Assembly: GCF_902652985.1 (NCBI RefSeq)
Contig: NC_047032.1
Location: 30,194,001-30,258,000 of the forward strand
From: Pecten maximus
Taxonomy: Eukaryota
Direction of reading: 5' to 3'
DNA length: 64,000 nucleotides
In this document: one piece after another, positions 39,300-51,219 of the stretch
Layout of the letters: each line of letters begins with the position of its first letter
Numbering within the stretch: position 1 is the first letter of the stretch
Made by a program: the position numbers and the translations under genes
Notes under the pieces: generated by a model
What the model was told of the DNA's origin: nothing
What the model saw: the letters and a program-made list of their open reading frames with translations, nothing else
Database searches by the model: none

Positions 39300-40108
39300 T
39301 ATATTAGCAAGGCCTTCGATAGAGTTTTGCACCATGGTTTAGTTTTTAAATTATCTAGTTTTGGCATTAGTGGAAATTTATTGAAATAGTTTAAACATTA
39401 CTTATCAAACCTATTCCAGAGAACTGTTATAAATGGTATAAGTCAAATTGGCGTAATATACCAGCTGGTGTACCACAAGGATCAATTTCAGGCCCTTTGA
39501 TGTTCTTGATTTATATTAACGATATATAGTAAATTATATAGAGGCTGTTATTAAACTATTCGCTGATGATACTTCATTGTACACATTTGTTGACACTCCA
39601 GCAACAAGTGCAGATCTTATTAATAGAGACCTCGTTAAAATTTATTCTTGGTCAAAAAGATGGCTGGTTGATTTTAATCCTCTATAAACCGAAAGTGTAA
39701 CAGTCAGTAGAAAAGGCACGCGTGTAGCTCATCCTCCGCTCTACATGAACAACATTCCTATTAATGAAGTTAGTCTCCACAAACATCTTGGTGTGTACAT
39801 ATCTGATAACGGCACATGGAAAGACCATGTTCATTATGTAATTGACAAAGCATTCTCTAAGCTTAATCTCCTAAGGAAATTTTCATTTTCTCTTGATCGG
39901 CAATACACTTCAAACTCTATATTTCCCCTTCATTCATCCAGTTTTAGAATACGCCAACATTGTGTGGGATAATCTTACAGTAGCCCAAACAAATATTTCT
40001 GAAAGTTTAAATCTAGAGGCCGCTAGAATTGTAACGGGAGGGACAAAGCTTACAAGTAGATTTATGTTGTACAACACAACGGGCTGGGGACCTCTTGAAA
40101 AAACCGTC
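39300..40108 (+). mobile_element. Non-LTR retrotransposon reverse transcriptase fragment (inverted 5' segment of the same element), degraded
   Basis: ISKAFDRV, AGVPQGS..GPL.FLIYIND, LFADDT, HKHLGV, LEYANIVWD and AARIVTG motifs with stops and frameshifts. Confidence 0.9.
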
Positions 40109-40509
40109 CTTTGACATGTTTATATAAGGTTAACTTATATGATATATATTGAATTCAAGTTCAAGACTGATTTCAGTAAAGTGACATGTCAATATAAATA
40201 CATATGTATTACAAAAACTATACATTATAAAATTGTTTGACATCCTGCCGTGGTATCAAACAAGTGTGTCTGCCATCAAAGGGGGTCTCCGTCAATTTAG
40301 AGTAAATATAAAAACGTACCCAGGTTATTTCGTTGTTGTTTTTTTTAAATATGTCTTATATTTGTTCTTAACTCAGTGAAGAAGGAACATTTTAACAAGG
40401 AGTGAAATTCGTGCTCTAAGTCATTTTACAAGATATTTTCCTGTATTTTCTACAGACATAATTTTTACAAATGACTTCTTATATTTTATATGCCATATAT
40501 GATACTTTC

Positions 40510-40543
40510 GGGACACCTTAACCACTCGGCCACCGCGCTCCTG
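40510..40543 (-). mobile_element. 5' (tRNA head) fragment of the SINE family seen at 50939
   Basis: Reverse complement ggagcgcggtggccgagtggttaaggtgtcccga matches the SINE head. Confidence 0.6.
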
Positions 40544-40625
40544 AGAAGCAGTGTATGTATACACTGTCTGCCATGTGACACATGGTTTGCTTGGAATACC
40601 CTAAGATAAAAAACAAAAACAAAAT

Positions 40626-40712
40626 AAACCGCGAATGGCCCATTAAATCAGTTATGGTTCCTTATATCGTACGATACTACTTGGATAACTGTGGCAATTC
40701 TAGAGCTAATAC
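40626..40712 (+). pseudogene. 18S rRNA fragment (5' domain), ~87 bp, orphan copy
   Basis: aaaccgcgaatggcccattaaatcagttatggttcctt...tacttggataactgtggcaattctagagctaatac is recognisably metazoan SSU rRNA with a few substitutions; no flanking rDNA. Confidence 0.9.
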
Positions 40713-41189
40713 CCATAAACCACACATTGACGAGAGCGGCTAAATACCAATGTTGAATTTTGAGAGAAATCGATTTTTGGGTGAAATGGTTGGTGCGTTC
40801 TAGTTGGGCGATATGTGTCTCACTTCGGACCGAAAATGTTGGACGATAGGGCAGTGCTTTGGGACGAAATGACCATTTTGGCGGTTATGAAAATAGTGTG
40901 GGCACAATGGCTTTCGAGTGAAACATCTATTGTTAGTTTAACTTTACAGTATTTTACCAGACGCCAACGAGTAAAACAAATCATTAATGATGCTTCAAGA
41001 AAATTCTAATATATAAGTCCGTGCAGTCAGGGACGTCTCTGATGCAGGATATGAGCAGAACACAAATAAAATCAAGTTTTATCTAAAGTCAATACATGGT
41101 AAGACAATACAAAAGCTCTACTGTAGATCTATTGAGCTATTTAGAACCGAAACTAAAAATATGTACAAGTAATAAATAATAATACGGTC

Positions 41190-41322
41190 TTAGATCGATA
41201 TATATACATCTGTTATGTAGCGGAAGAAGTAATTGATCCTTGGCGCTTCGATACCATATGGTTTTGTCTGGACCGCTTTTAGTTATACATTTTTCTAAAA
41301 GGGGCACTTCCGGTTCAAAATG
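41190..41322 (+). promoter_or_regulatory. MRPL53 core promoter region
   Basis: ETS/GABP-type cacttccgg (~41305-41313) and cggaag (41221); YY1-type aaaatggc overlapping the ATG. Confidence 0.55.
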
Positions 41323-41429
41323 GCACAGAATAGAGCCATTGCAGGGATCTTAAAGAACTTCCAACTCCGACCTGTAAAGAAACTGCTTTTCAAATTCGAC
41401 CCGTACTCATCAGATGTAAGAGCAATCAG
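41320..41429 (+). CDS. MRPL53: Mitochondrial ribosomal protein L53, exon 1 (MAQNRAIAGILKNFQLRPVKKLLFKFDPYSSDVRAIR)
   Basis: LRPVK..F.P motif typical of mL53; donor AG|gtaata; phase 2. Confidence 0.88.
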
Positions 41430-43262
41430 GTAATATATGATGTGGGGTATATTGCTAATGTGGATTTACATCTTTGTAAGTATTATCGTAACTTGTCGGT
41501 TAAACATGTGCACCGGCAAACGTTTGACGACCGGTCTGATTTGGGAGCACACTGTACATGCGAGTCTGTGAGATGGCAATGTACGTCACTGAACGTAACA
41601 AAAATCTAGAATTAATCGCGACACAACACTTATTTCAGCTACATCATCAAGATATTAGTCTATGAATAGTCCGGCCACACTACCAGACAATACCCATGTT
41701 GTCGGAGATCCTCTACATGCGTTACCCATTTTGATAGATATTAAGTTACATGTCTGTGTCACACCACATAAGTCCGCCAGAATGTCTAACGTCCAGTGTT
41801 GGGACTAAGGAATTTAGCATTCTACATTTATATGAATTGATTAATACTTAAATGGTTATCGGGAGGGTCACTGGGTGACCTTGGCGTGATTTCAGGCTCT
41901 GTTACTGGTATATAAGATATATGTATAAAAGGGAGAGTGTAGATCACCTTACCAGTACAGACTAGAGATTTTCCTTGAGTCTGGTGGTAGGATATCAATT
42001 CAGACAGGGCACTGGTCGGAGGCTCAAGTGCGGCCAGAGTATTGTTCATTATTATCATATTTCATATTTGTTTTATTTTATTTGTGAAAAATATATATAT
42101 ATAAGCAGGACACATGAACACTATAAGTTGTTGTTGTCTTCATCATTATCCTATTATACATTTTTTAGTTATAACCTTCCTATTATACATTTTTTAGTTA
42201 TAACGTTAACCTTCCTATTATACATTTTTTAGTTATAACATCATCATCGTCGCTGCCGTCGTCGTCGTCGTCATCATCATCATCATCATCATCATCATCC
42301 CTTCCAATTACATTGATTAGTTATAACTGTTTTGTATGAGGAGAAATTGAAATTTCCGCTTACCTGGGATTATAAATTATTATATAACTCCTTACTTTTT
42401 ATACAACTCCCTCGGAGTCCATCCTTCACAAAGCCTTTGCCCCAAAAGACAAATGAAACTCTGGTTATTATCAAATGAGAGATGAAGCACTCATAAAATG
42501 CTACAATATCTCATGAGAAAAAGATTTTCAAATCACACAATGAAATATAAAGGGGAGATAACTTTGCTTCAGGTGAAAAAAGTAAAATCACTAAAATGTA
42601 AACAATGGTTTGTATTATTTTCATTTCCTTGGTTAGGTAATGTTTTTATTCTCCCTTAATTTAACATTTTATAATTCATCTTTGCAAGAAAGATTATATG
42701 ATTTCCTTTTTTCATATTTTGGTGTAATAAAAATGCCCTCAAAAATAAAATTCTTACTTGTAGGTAAAGTTTCTCAACTTAAATCAGATTCCCCCTGTAA
42801 AAACTTAACATTTACAGATTATTACACCCTTTTTTCATCCTTGTTTTGAAATAATTATGTTTTTGAAAAACCATGTTTTCTGCAATAAGTTTGAATATCG
42901 AGAAAATTAGCATGGAAAGCCATAGTAAATTTTTCTCAAGTAAGCAAATGGTGGCGCTAAGATCACTCATGTCAATTTTCATGACTATCGGTTCATCATT
43001 TCCTGACCATGTCATTTCCTGTTAAACAGATTTTGAATTTTTACATATTTTATGGTAGCTACAAAAAAACACCTGTCACATGAATATGATGTGAATATAA
43101 GGTCTGAATGTTTTGATAGTCTTATAAAGTTGATTTGATAGAGACATGGGTTATAAAAAAAAATTCCTATTAAATTTATCATAAAACTTGTAGTATACAT
43201 GTATATACCGGTAAAAACAGAAGGTGTGTGTTAAATTGATACCTTCCATTGTGCTCATTAAT

Positions 43263-45343
43263 CAACGACTTACATACAGTCAAATCTGTAACAGGGGACA
43301 CCCTTATATAATGGACACCTGTCTATAACGGACTAGAAATCTCCAACGACTTACATACAGTCAAATCTGTAACAGGGGACACCCTTATATAATGGACACC
43401 TGTCTATAACGGACTAGAAATCTCCAACGACTTACATACAGTCAAATCTGTAACAGGACACCCTTATATAATGGACACCTGTCTATAACGGACTAGAAAT
43501 CTCCAACGACTTACATACAGTCAAATCTGTAACAGGACACCCTTATATAATGGACACCTGTCTATAACGGACTAGAAATCTCCAACGACTTACATACAGT
43601 CAAATCTGTAACAGGACACCCTTATATAATGGACACCTGTCTATAACGGACAGTGCTAGAAATCTCCAACGACTTACATACAGTCAAATCTGTAACAGGG
43701 GACACCCTTATATAATGGACACCTGTCTATAACGGACTAGAAATCTCCAACGACAAGTTTACATACAGTAAAATCTGTAACAGGGGATCCGGACACCCTT
43801 ATATAATGGACACCTGTCTATAACGGACTAGAAATCTCCAACGACTTACATACAGTCAAATCTGTAACAGGGGACACCCTTATATAATGGACACCTGTCT
43901 ATAACGGACTAGAAATATCCAACGACAAGTTTACATACAGTCAAATCTGTAACAGGGGACACCCTTATATAATGGACACCTGTCTATAACAGACTAGAAA
44001 TCTCCAACGACTTATATACAGTCAAATCTGTAACAGGGGACACCCTTATATAATGGACACCTGTCTATAACGGACTAGAAATCTCCAACGACTTACATAC
44101 AGTCAAATCTGTAACAGGACACCCTTATATAATGGACACCTGTCTATAACGGACAGTGCTAGAAATCTCCAACGACTTACATACAGTCAAATCTGTAACA
44201 GGGGACACCCTTATATAATGGACACCTGTCTATAACGGACTAGAAATCTCCAACGACAAGTTTACATACAGTAAAATCTGTAACAGGGGACACCCTTATA
44301 TAATGGACACCTGTCTATAACGGACTAGAAATCTCCAACGACTTACATACAGTCAAATCTGTAACAGGGGACACCCTTATATAATGGACACCTGTCTATA
44401 ACGGACTAGAAATATCCAACGACAAGTTTACATACAGTAAAATCTGTAACAGGGGACACCCTTATATAATGGACACCTGTCTATAACGGACTAGAAATCT
44501 CCAACGACTTATATACAGTCAAATCTGTAACAGGGGACACCCTTATATAATGGACACCTGTCTATAACGGACTAGAAATCTCCAACGACTTACATACAGT
44601 CAAATCGGTTATAGGGACACCCTTATATAATGGACACCTGTCTATAACGGACTAGAAATCTCCAACGACTTACATACAGTCAAATCGGTTATAGGGACAC
44701 CCTTATATAATGGACACCTGTCTATAACGGACAGTGCCAGTAATCTCCAACGACTTACATACAGTCAAATCTGTAACAGGGGACACCCTTATATAATGGA
44801 CACCTGTCTATAACGGACTAGAAATCTCCAACGACTTACATACAGTCAAATCTGTAACAGGGGACACCCTTATATAATGGACACCTGTCTATAACGGACT
44901 AGAAATATCCAACGACAAGTTTACATACAGTCAAATCTGTAACAGGGGACACCCTTATATAATGGACACCTGTCTATAACGGACTAGAAATCTCCAACGA
45001 CTTATATACAGTCAAATCTGTAACAGGGGACACCCTTATATAATGGACACCTGTCTATAACGGACTAGAAATCTCCAACGACTTACATACAGTCAAATCG
45101 GTTATAGGGACACCCTTATATAATGGACACCTGTCTATAACGGACTAGAAATCTCCAACGACTTACATACAGTCAAATCGGTTATAGGGACACCCTTATA
45201 TAATGGACACCTGTCTATAACGGACAGTGCTAGAAATCTCCAACGACTTACATACAGTCAAATCTGTAACAGGGGACACCCTTATATAATGGACACCTGT
45301 CTATAACGGACAGTACCAGGACTGTCCAATGAAATCCACTGTA
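43263..45343. repeat. Satellite of ~80-88 bp units derived from a TA-flanked DNA transposon (Tc1/pogo-like MITE) end, in MRPL53 intron 1
   Basis: About 24 copies each containing tacagtcaaatctgt...ggacacc...ataatggacacctgtctataacggac; the array is followed by ccactgta. Confidence 0.9.
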
Positions 45344-45692
45344 TAAATGTAATGTTAAGTTAAACAAAATAATGCCATATCTTGTAATCGGCCCAAGCTG
45401 GTAGACTAACACATAAACTTGGACTGAATTTAGGGATAGGACATGTGTGTCTATTGCAAAGCAACGAAACAGGAATCACTCTGTATTTTACTTGAAAATA
45501 TTCAAATTCCACTTCATAAATCTCCGTGAACCATTTTTGTGATGACAGAACTTCATTAAAAGTTCCCCTCTGTACACTACCAGGTCATTACAGTCTTCAA
45601 AGATATTTACTTAGTAGGTTTTACAGCAAAGTAAACACCAGGAAAATCAAAAATGTTTCATGAAAATAAATATTCTGGATTCTGTGTTTCAG

Positions 45693-45805
45693 GGAAGTGA
45701 TGTTTGCCCTGCATGCAGATAAGATTCTCTCGACCAATGTAAACTGTGTACCAAAGGTGGAAGTCATGTCAGACCAGTCAGAACCGGAGATGAAAGTCGA
45801 CTTCA
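45693..45805 (+). CDS. MRPL53: MRPL53 exon 2 (EVMFALHADKILSTNVNCVPKVEVMSDQSEPEMKVDF)
   Basis: TN.NC...V..D.SEP...V.F motif; tttcag| and A|gtaagt; phases consistent. Confidence 0.9.
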
Positions 45806-46821
45806 GTAAGTAGTGTCATGGTCTTACATGTCAATGTGTGCCTGTGCCTGTCCTTCTGATCTGCTGGTAAAAACAGTAACAAGGTCTTATGAAAATATCT
45901 TAAGATTTTGGTGAGACAATGAAGCAAAATTTCCATGCATTCTGACAATCAATTAAAAAAGTTTACATTGCATTCTGCTTGTGTAGCCATATTAGGCCAA
46001 GTGTCACATTTCATATATAGCAACATTTCTATATTTCTTTTCAGTTACAAAAGAATATTATTGTTTAATCTATAAACAATAAATTCTGAGAATGATTTTG
46101 ACAGAAAAAAACCCTGAATTAAAACTCTTAATGATATTAAATATTCATCTGAATTGCTTTAAACATAAAATGAAAAAATGGATGTATAAAACAGAAACAT
46201 TTTGTGGAAATGAGGCTGCCATTTGAAAGTGATTAAATTTATTTCAACAATCCTAAGGGCTATTCCACTAGAACGTTGGACGGATGGGAGGCATTTGCAC
46301 TGATAAACCTACATTTATTTTTGTATGGGTCATTTTCCTGTAGTTTAATTAAAACTAGCCCCACTGTGTACAATTTCAATATTTCTAGAATGTCCAAATG
46401 ACCTGGGACACACATCATGTCACATGTAGAATTATCACTGCACTTGTATCAAAATTTGATGGGTGGTGGGAGTAGTCACATTTTTCTAGTATTGTTTTAA
46501 TGTTTATACTTGATATGTTCTGATGATATATGATCAGTGGTTGGGTTTCTGAAAAATTGCCTCTCACCCCTCCCACATTGATAATTTTGGAAAAGCCCTA
46601 AGGTAACTAGTATCAAAAAATATTAAAATCCTTAACTTTATGTATTTGGTTGGAAATTTTTGAATTGTTAAAGAGAAGATTAGTTTTTGACTAGTGTTGT
46701 CTACATTTTTAAGCCCATTATCATCAGATGGTGGGCAGTTCAGATACCTTGTCATACCTAGTCCATCATCTGGCCATCCTTAAATAACTATTGTTACAGC
46801 TATTTATCAGTACTTTCTTGA

Positions 46822-48677
46822 CCATTCTCGATTTAGACATGGATTTCCCTAGGTCCTTGATCATACTCGATTTAGACATGGATGTCCCTAGGTCCTTGAT
46901 CATACTCGATTTAGACAGATTTCCCTAGGTCCTTGATCATACTCGATTTAGACATGGATGTCCCTAGGTCCGGGATCATACTCGATTTAGACATGGATTT
47001 CCCTTGGTCCTTAATCATACTCGATTTAGACATGGATTTCGCTTGGTTCTTGATCATTCTCGATTTAGACATGGATTTCCCTAGGTCCTTAATCATACTC
47101 GATTTAGACATGGATTTCCCTTGGTCCGGGATCATACTCGATTTAGACATGGATGTCCATAGGTCCGGGATCATTCTCGATTTAGTCATGGATTTCCCTT
47201 GGTCCTTGATCATACTCGATTAAAACATGGATATCCCTTGGTCCTTGATCATACTCGATTTAGACATGGATGTCCCTAGGTCCGGGATCATACTCGATTT
47301 AGACATGGATTTCCCTTGGTCCTTAATCATACTCGATTTAGACATGGATTTCGCTTGGTTCTTGATCATTCTCGATTTAGACATGGATTTCCCTAGGTCC
47401 TTAATCATACTCGATTTAGACATGGATTTCCCTTGGTCCGGGATCATACTCGATTTAGACATGGATGTCCATAGGTCCGGGATCATTCTCGATTTAGTCA
47501 TGGATTTCCCTTGGTCCTTGATCATACTCGATTAAAACATGGATATCCCTTGGTCCTTGATCATTCTCGATTTAGACATGGATGTCCCTAGGTCCTTGAT
47601 CATACTCGATTTAGACATGGATTTCCCTTGGTCCTTGATCATTCTCGATTTAGACATGGATTTCCCTTGGTCCTTGATCATTCTCGATTTAGACATGGAT
47701 TTCCCTAGGTCCTTGATCATACTCAGTTTAGACATGGATTTCGCTTGGTCCGCGATCATTCTCGATTTAGTCATGGATTTCCCTTGGTCCTTGATCATAC
47801 TCGATTTAGACATGGATTTCCCTTGGTCCTTGATCATTCTCGATTTAGACATGGATTTCCCTTGGTCCTTGATCATACTCGATTTAGACATGGATGTCCC
47901 TTGGTCCTTGATCATACTCGATTTAGACAGATTTCCCTAGGTCCTTGATCATACTGGATTTAGACATGGATTTCCCTAGGTCCTTGATCATTCTCGATTT
48001 AGACAGATTTCCCTAGGTCCTTGATCATTCTCGATTTAGACATGGATTTCCCTAGGTCCTTGATCATACTCGATTTAGACATGGATGTCCCTAGGTCCTT
48101 GATCATACTCGATTTAGACATGGATTTCCCTTGGTCCTTGATCATTCTCGATTTAGACATGGATTTCCCTTGGTCCTTGATCATTCTCGATTTAGACATG
48201 GATTTCCCTAGGTCCTTGATCATTCTCGATTTAGTCATGGATTTCCCTTGGTCCTTGATCATTCTCGATTTAGACATGGATTTCCCTTGGTCCTTGATCA
48301 TTCTCGATTTAGACATGTATTTCCCTTGGTTCTTGATCATTCTCGATTTAGACATAGATGCCCCTAGGTCCGGGATCATACTCGATTTAGACATGGATTT
48401 CCCTAGGTCCTTAATCATTCTCGATTTAGACATGGATTTCCCTAGGTCCTTAATCATTCTCGATTTAGACATGGATTTCCCTAGGTCCTTGATCATTCTC
48501 GATTTAGACAGATTTCCCTTGGTCCTTGATCATTCTCGATTTAGACATGGATTTCCCAAGGTCCTTGATCATTCTTGATTTAGACATGGATTTCCCTTGG
48601 TTCTTGATCATTCTCGATTTAGACATGGATTTCCCTTGGTCCTTGATCATACTTGATTTAGACATGGATTTCCCTTG
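46822..48677. repeat. Minisatellite, 39-bp unit (gatcatactcgatttagacatggatttccctaggtcctt), in MRPL53 intron 2
   Basis: About 47 copies, with a 312-bp higher-order duplication. Confidence 0.97.
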
Positions 48678-49210
48678 CTCCAAATGTTGTTCAAGATCAG
48701 TTTTGATACTGACCAGACAATTTAAGTTTGTTATTTTTCAAAAATTATTGCATGGATCTTTCTCAATTTTCATTAGTCTGTCTCCGATGGTCCTTAGCTA
48801 TGTATGAACAAAATGGCTGACAAGAATTGTATGTAACCATCTTGGAGTTGGACAATTCAAGTATCTTAGCAATTTTTCTCAGAAAAAAGTAGAGAGATGC
48901 TTCCCGATGTCCAGATGTTTGATCAGATCATCATTATTCATTGTTTTGCTTGTTTATTTTTGAGATTGATCATAAGAACAATAGAATCATAGTTTGTCCA
49001 TATGTCGGTAGAGCAGAAAACAATAGGAGAGAGGACAAAACAATAGAAAAGTTAAAACCTTCATAGAACTAATAAAAGTGATAGTGACCACAAGGATCTC
49101 TGTGAGATTTCTTGTTATTGTTTAATTGAGACCAGAATTGATGTTGGTATAGAATAGTGAAACTAAAAAAAGATAATGAAAATCTTAAAGTCTGCTTCTT
49201 TTCATTACAG

Positions 49211-49365
49211 GTGATGGCCAGAATGTGTTATTCAAAACAACAAATCTAACGTCATTGGACATTTTACTGAAATTACATCAGATGTGTACAGAAAAGGACC
49301 CCAAAAAAATGGAAACAAACGTTATTGACACAAAATCATCTCGGAAAAAAGCCTCCAAAAAATGA
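49211..49365 (+). CDS. MRPL53: MRPL53 exon 3 (SDGQNVLFKTTNLTSLDILLKLHQMC...KKASKK*); spliced CDS 378 nt, 125 aa
   Basis: DG..L......LT.L.IL motif; ttacag| acceptor; TGA at 49363-49365; AATAAA at 49716. Confidence 0.9.
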
Positions 49366-50279
49366 TTTTGAGGAAAGAGTGTTAAGTGCTTTAGAGGATT
49401 GCGTTGTATATTTACTGTGAGTAAATCCTTGTTGTGTTTCTATGTTTATATTTGGAAAGGAATGAAATGCTACTTTGTTCTGTGAATCAGGTTGATTCTG
49501 TTGGATGTGTCTGGATACATAAGTAAATGAAGACTCACCGCCTGTGTACAACATTATACCAAACAAAACACTTTTCAACTACCCTAGGTTTCCAGTTGAT
49601 TTACAGTAACTCACAGTTGTCATTAGATTTACCTTTCTGAAATTTGTCCGATAACTGAACAGCCATTTCAGTGTGGGAAAGTAAAATGTGAAATCAGACA
49701 TTAAATGTAAATGATAATAAAGAAACAAAGATATTAGATGAAATCATTTGCCTAACATCCCCATTTTTAACATTTATGTTGTGAGAAACACATGAAAAGT
49801 ACAACGGCTCAAGTTCTTTTGTCATAATTGCTCTAATTTATGTTTTCGAAGTAAAATGATAAAAGTCTTCTTTTAAAAAAATCTTAGGGGAAAAATTAAG
49901 ATTCATCCTCCAAACAAGGGGAGTTGTCTCCCTTTAATTCAGAGTGTATACTTAGTCTTTTACCTGTCTACAAAACCATGGTGAACTTTGACTGTGAAGT
50001 GACTTTAAGTGTTCGTCTGTCCACCAACAGGCTATCAAAAGACCTTTATAAGTTCTGAACAAATGTATCATTCATGTAAGTGATGCCATTATTAGTTGGA
50101 TATATTTACAGGTAAATAAGTCTTTTTACTTTTATGGCAGAGCCTGATAAAAACTAGACTGCTGAGTGTGACATCGTGTAAATGATATATAAAATGGAAA
50201 TACTTAGTGGAATACATGTGTTTGATTTGTAAAATAAAGTTTTGTCTGAATAAATGAATGATATGTTTGTATTCTTTGG

Positions 50280-50500
50280 TGCGACGAAACCTAGCGATAG
50301 GCGGAGTCATGTGGGCGATAAACCAGTCTCTAAGGCCAACAGAACACTGACTATAGTCGGTGAGACGAAACCTAGCAATAGGTGGAGTGATGTAGGCGGT
50401 AAACCAGTAACTAACTAAGGCTGAGAACACTGACTATAGTCGGTGAGACGAAACCTAGCGATAGGTGGAGTTGTGTAGGCAGTAAACCAGTAACTAACTA
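50280..50500. repeat. Short tandem triplication, ~82-bp unit (gacgaaacctagcgatagg...actatagtcggtga)
   Basis: Three diverged copies. Confidence 0.8.
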
Positions 50501-50938
50501 AAACTTAAAGTATGTTCAATTTTGAAAAAAAAAAATCTTGATTTGAATACACATGATTAATGTTCGACCCTGAAAAGAACTTTTGATGCGAACTATCAGC
50601 AGCCTATCTCTATCGATGAGAGTCATGATCAATTACACACGAGTGCTTAAGTCTGTATCAAGTATGTTCTCGCTCAGTATTGTTAGCTCACATGATGAAA
50701 AAAACAGTGAACTTATACCAATGGTGCGGCATCTGTTTTCCTTCCCTCTATCATTTGTCAACATTTCTTTTTTAAGTTGTCTAGAATGACGGAATGGAAT
50801 TTGACTAATATTATGTCAGAAGTATCTCCATGAGAAAAGATAAGGAAGTTAGTCTGCTGATCTAATTCTGAACACTTTAAGGAGAAAATTCTTCTTGATC
50901 CTTACCCAGTAGTTAAACCTATTGTACGCAGTACAATT

Positions 50939-51162
50939 GGGGCCACAGTGGCCGAGTGGTTAAGGTGTCCTGACACTTTATCACTAGCCCTCCACCTTTG
51001 GGTTGCAAGTTCCAAACCTACATGAGGCTGTTGCCAGGTACTGACCGTAGGCCGGTGGTTATTCCCCGGGTACTCCGGCTTTCCTCCACCTCCAAAACCT
51101 GGCACGTCCTTAAATGACCCTGGCTGTTAATAGGACGTTAAACAAAAACAAACAAAAAAAAA
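50939..51162 (+). mobile_element. tRNA-derived SINE with V-domain-like core, near full length
   Basis: A box tggccgagtgg, B-box remnant, ccgggtactccggctttcctccacc core, A-rich tail; a 3' fragment recurs at ~55375-55462. Confidence 0.85.
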
Positions 51163-51219
51163 GTATAATAAGATATATGGTATAATAAATGAAAAAAGTT
51201 GATCAATGTGTATACCCGT

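Noticed and set aside
46911-48807. LRR-looking IILDLDMDF and SMSKSRMIK ORFs
   Set aside because: 39-bp array inside MRPL53 intron 2, interrupted by stops and indels.
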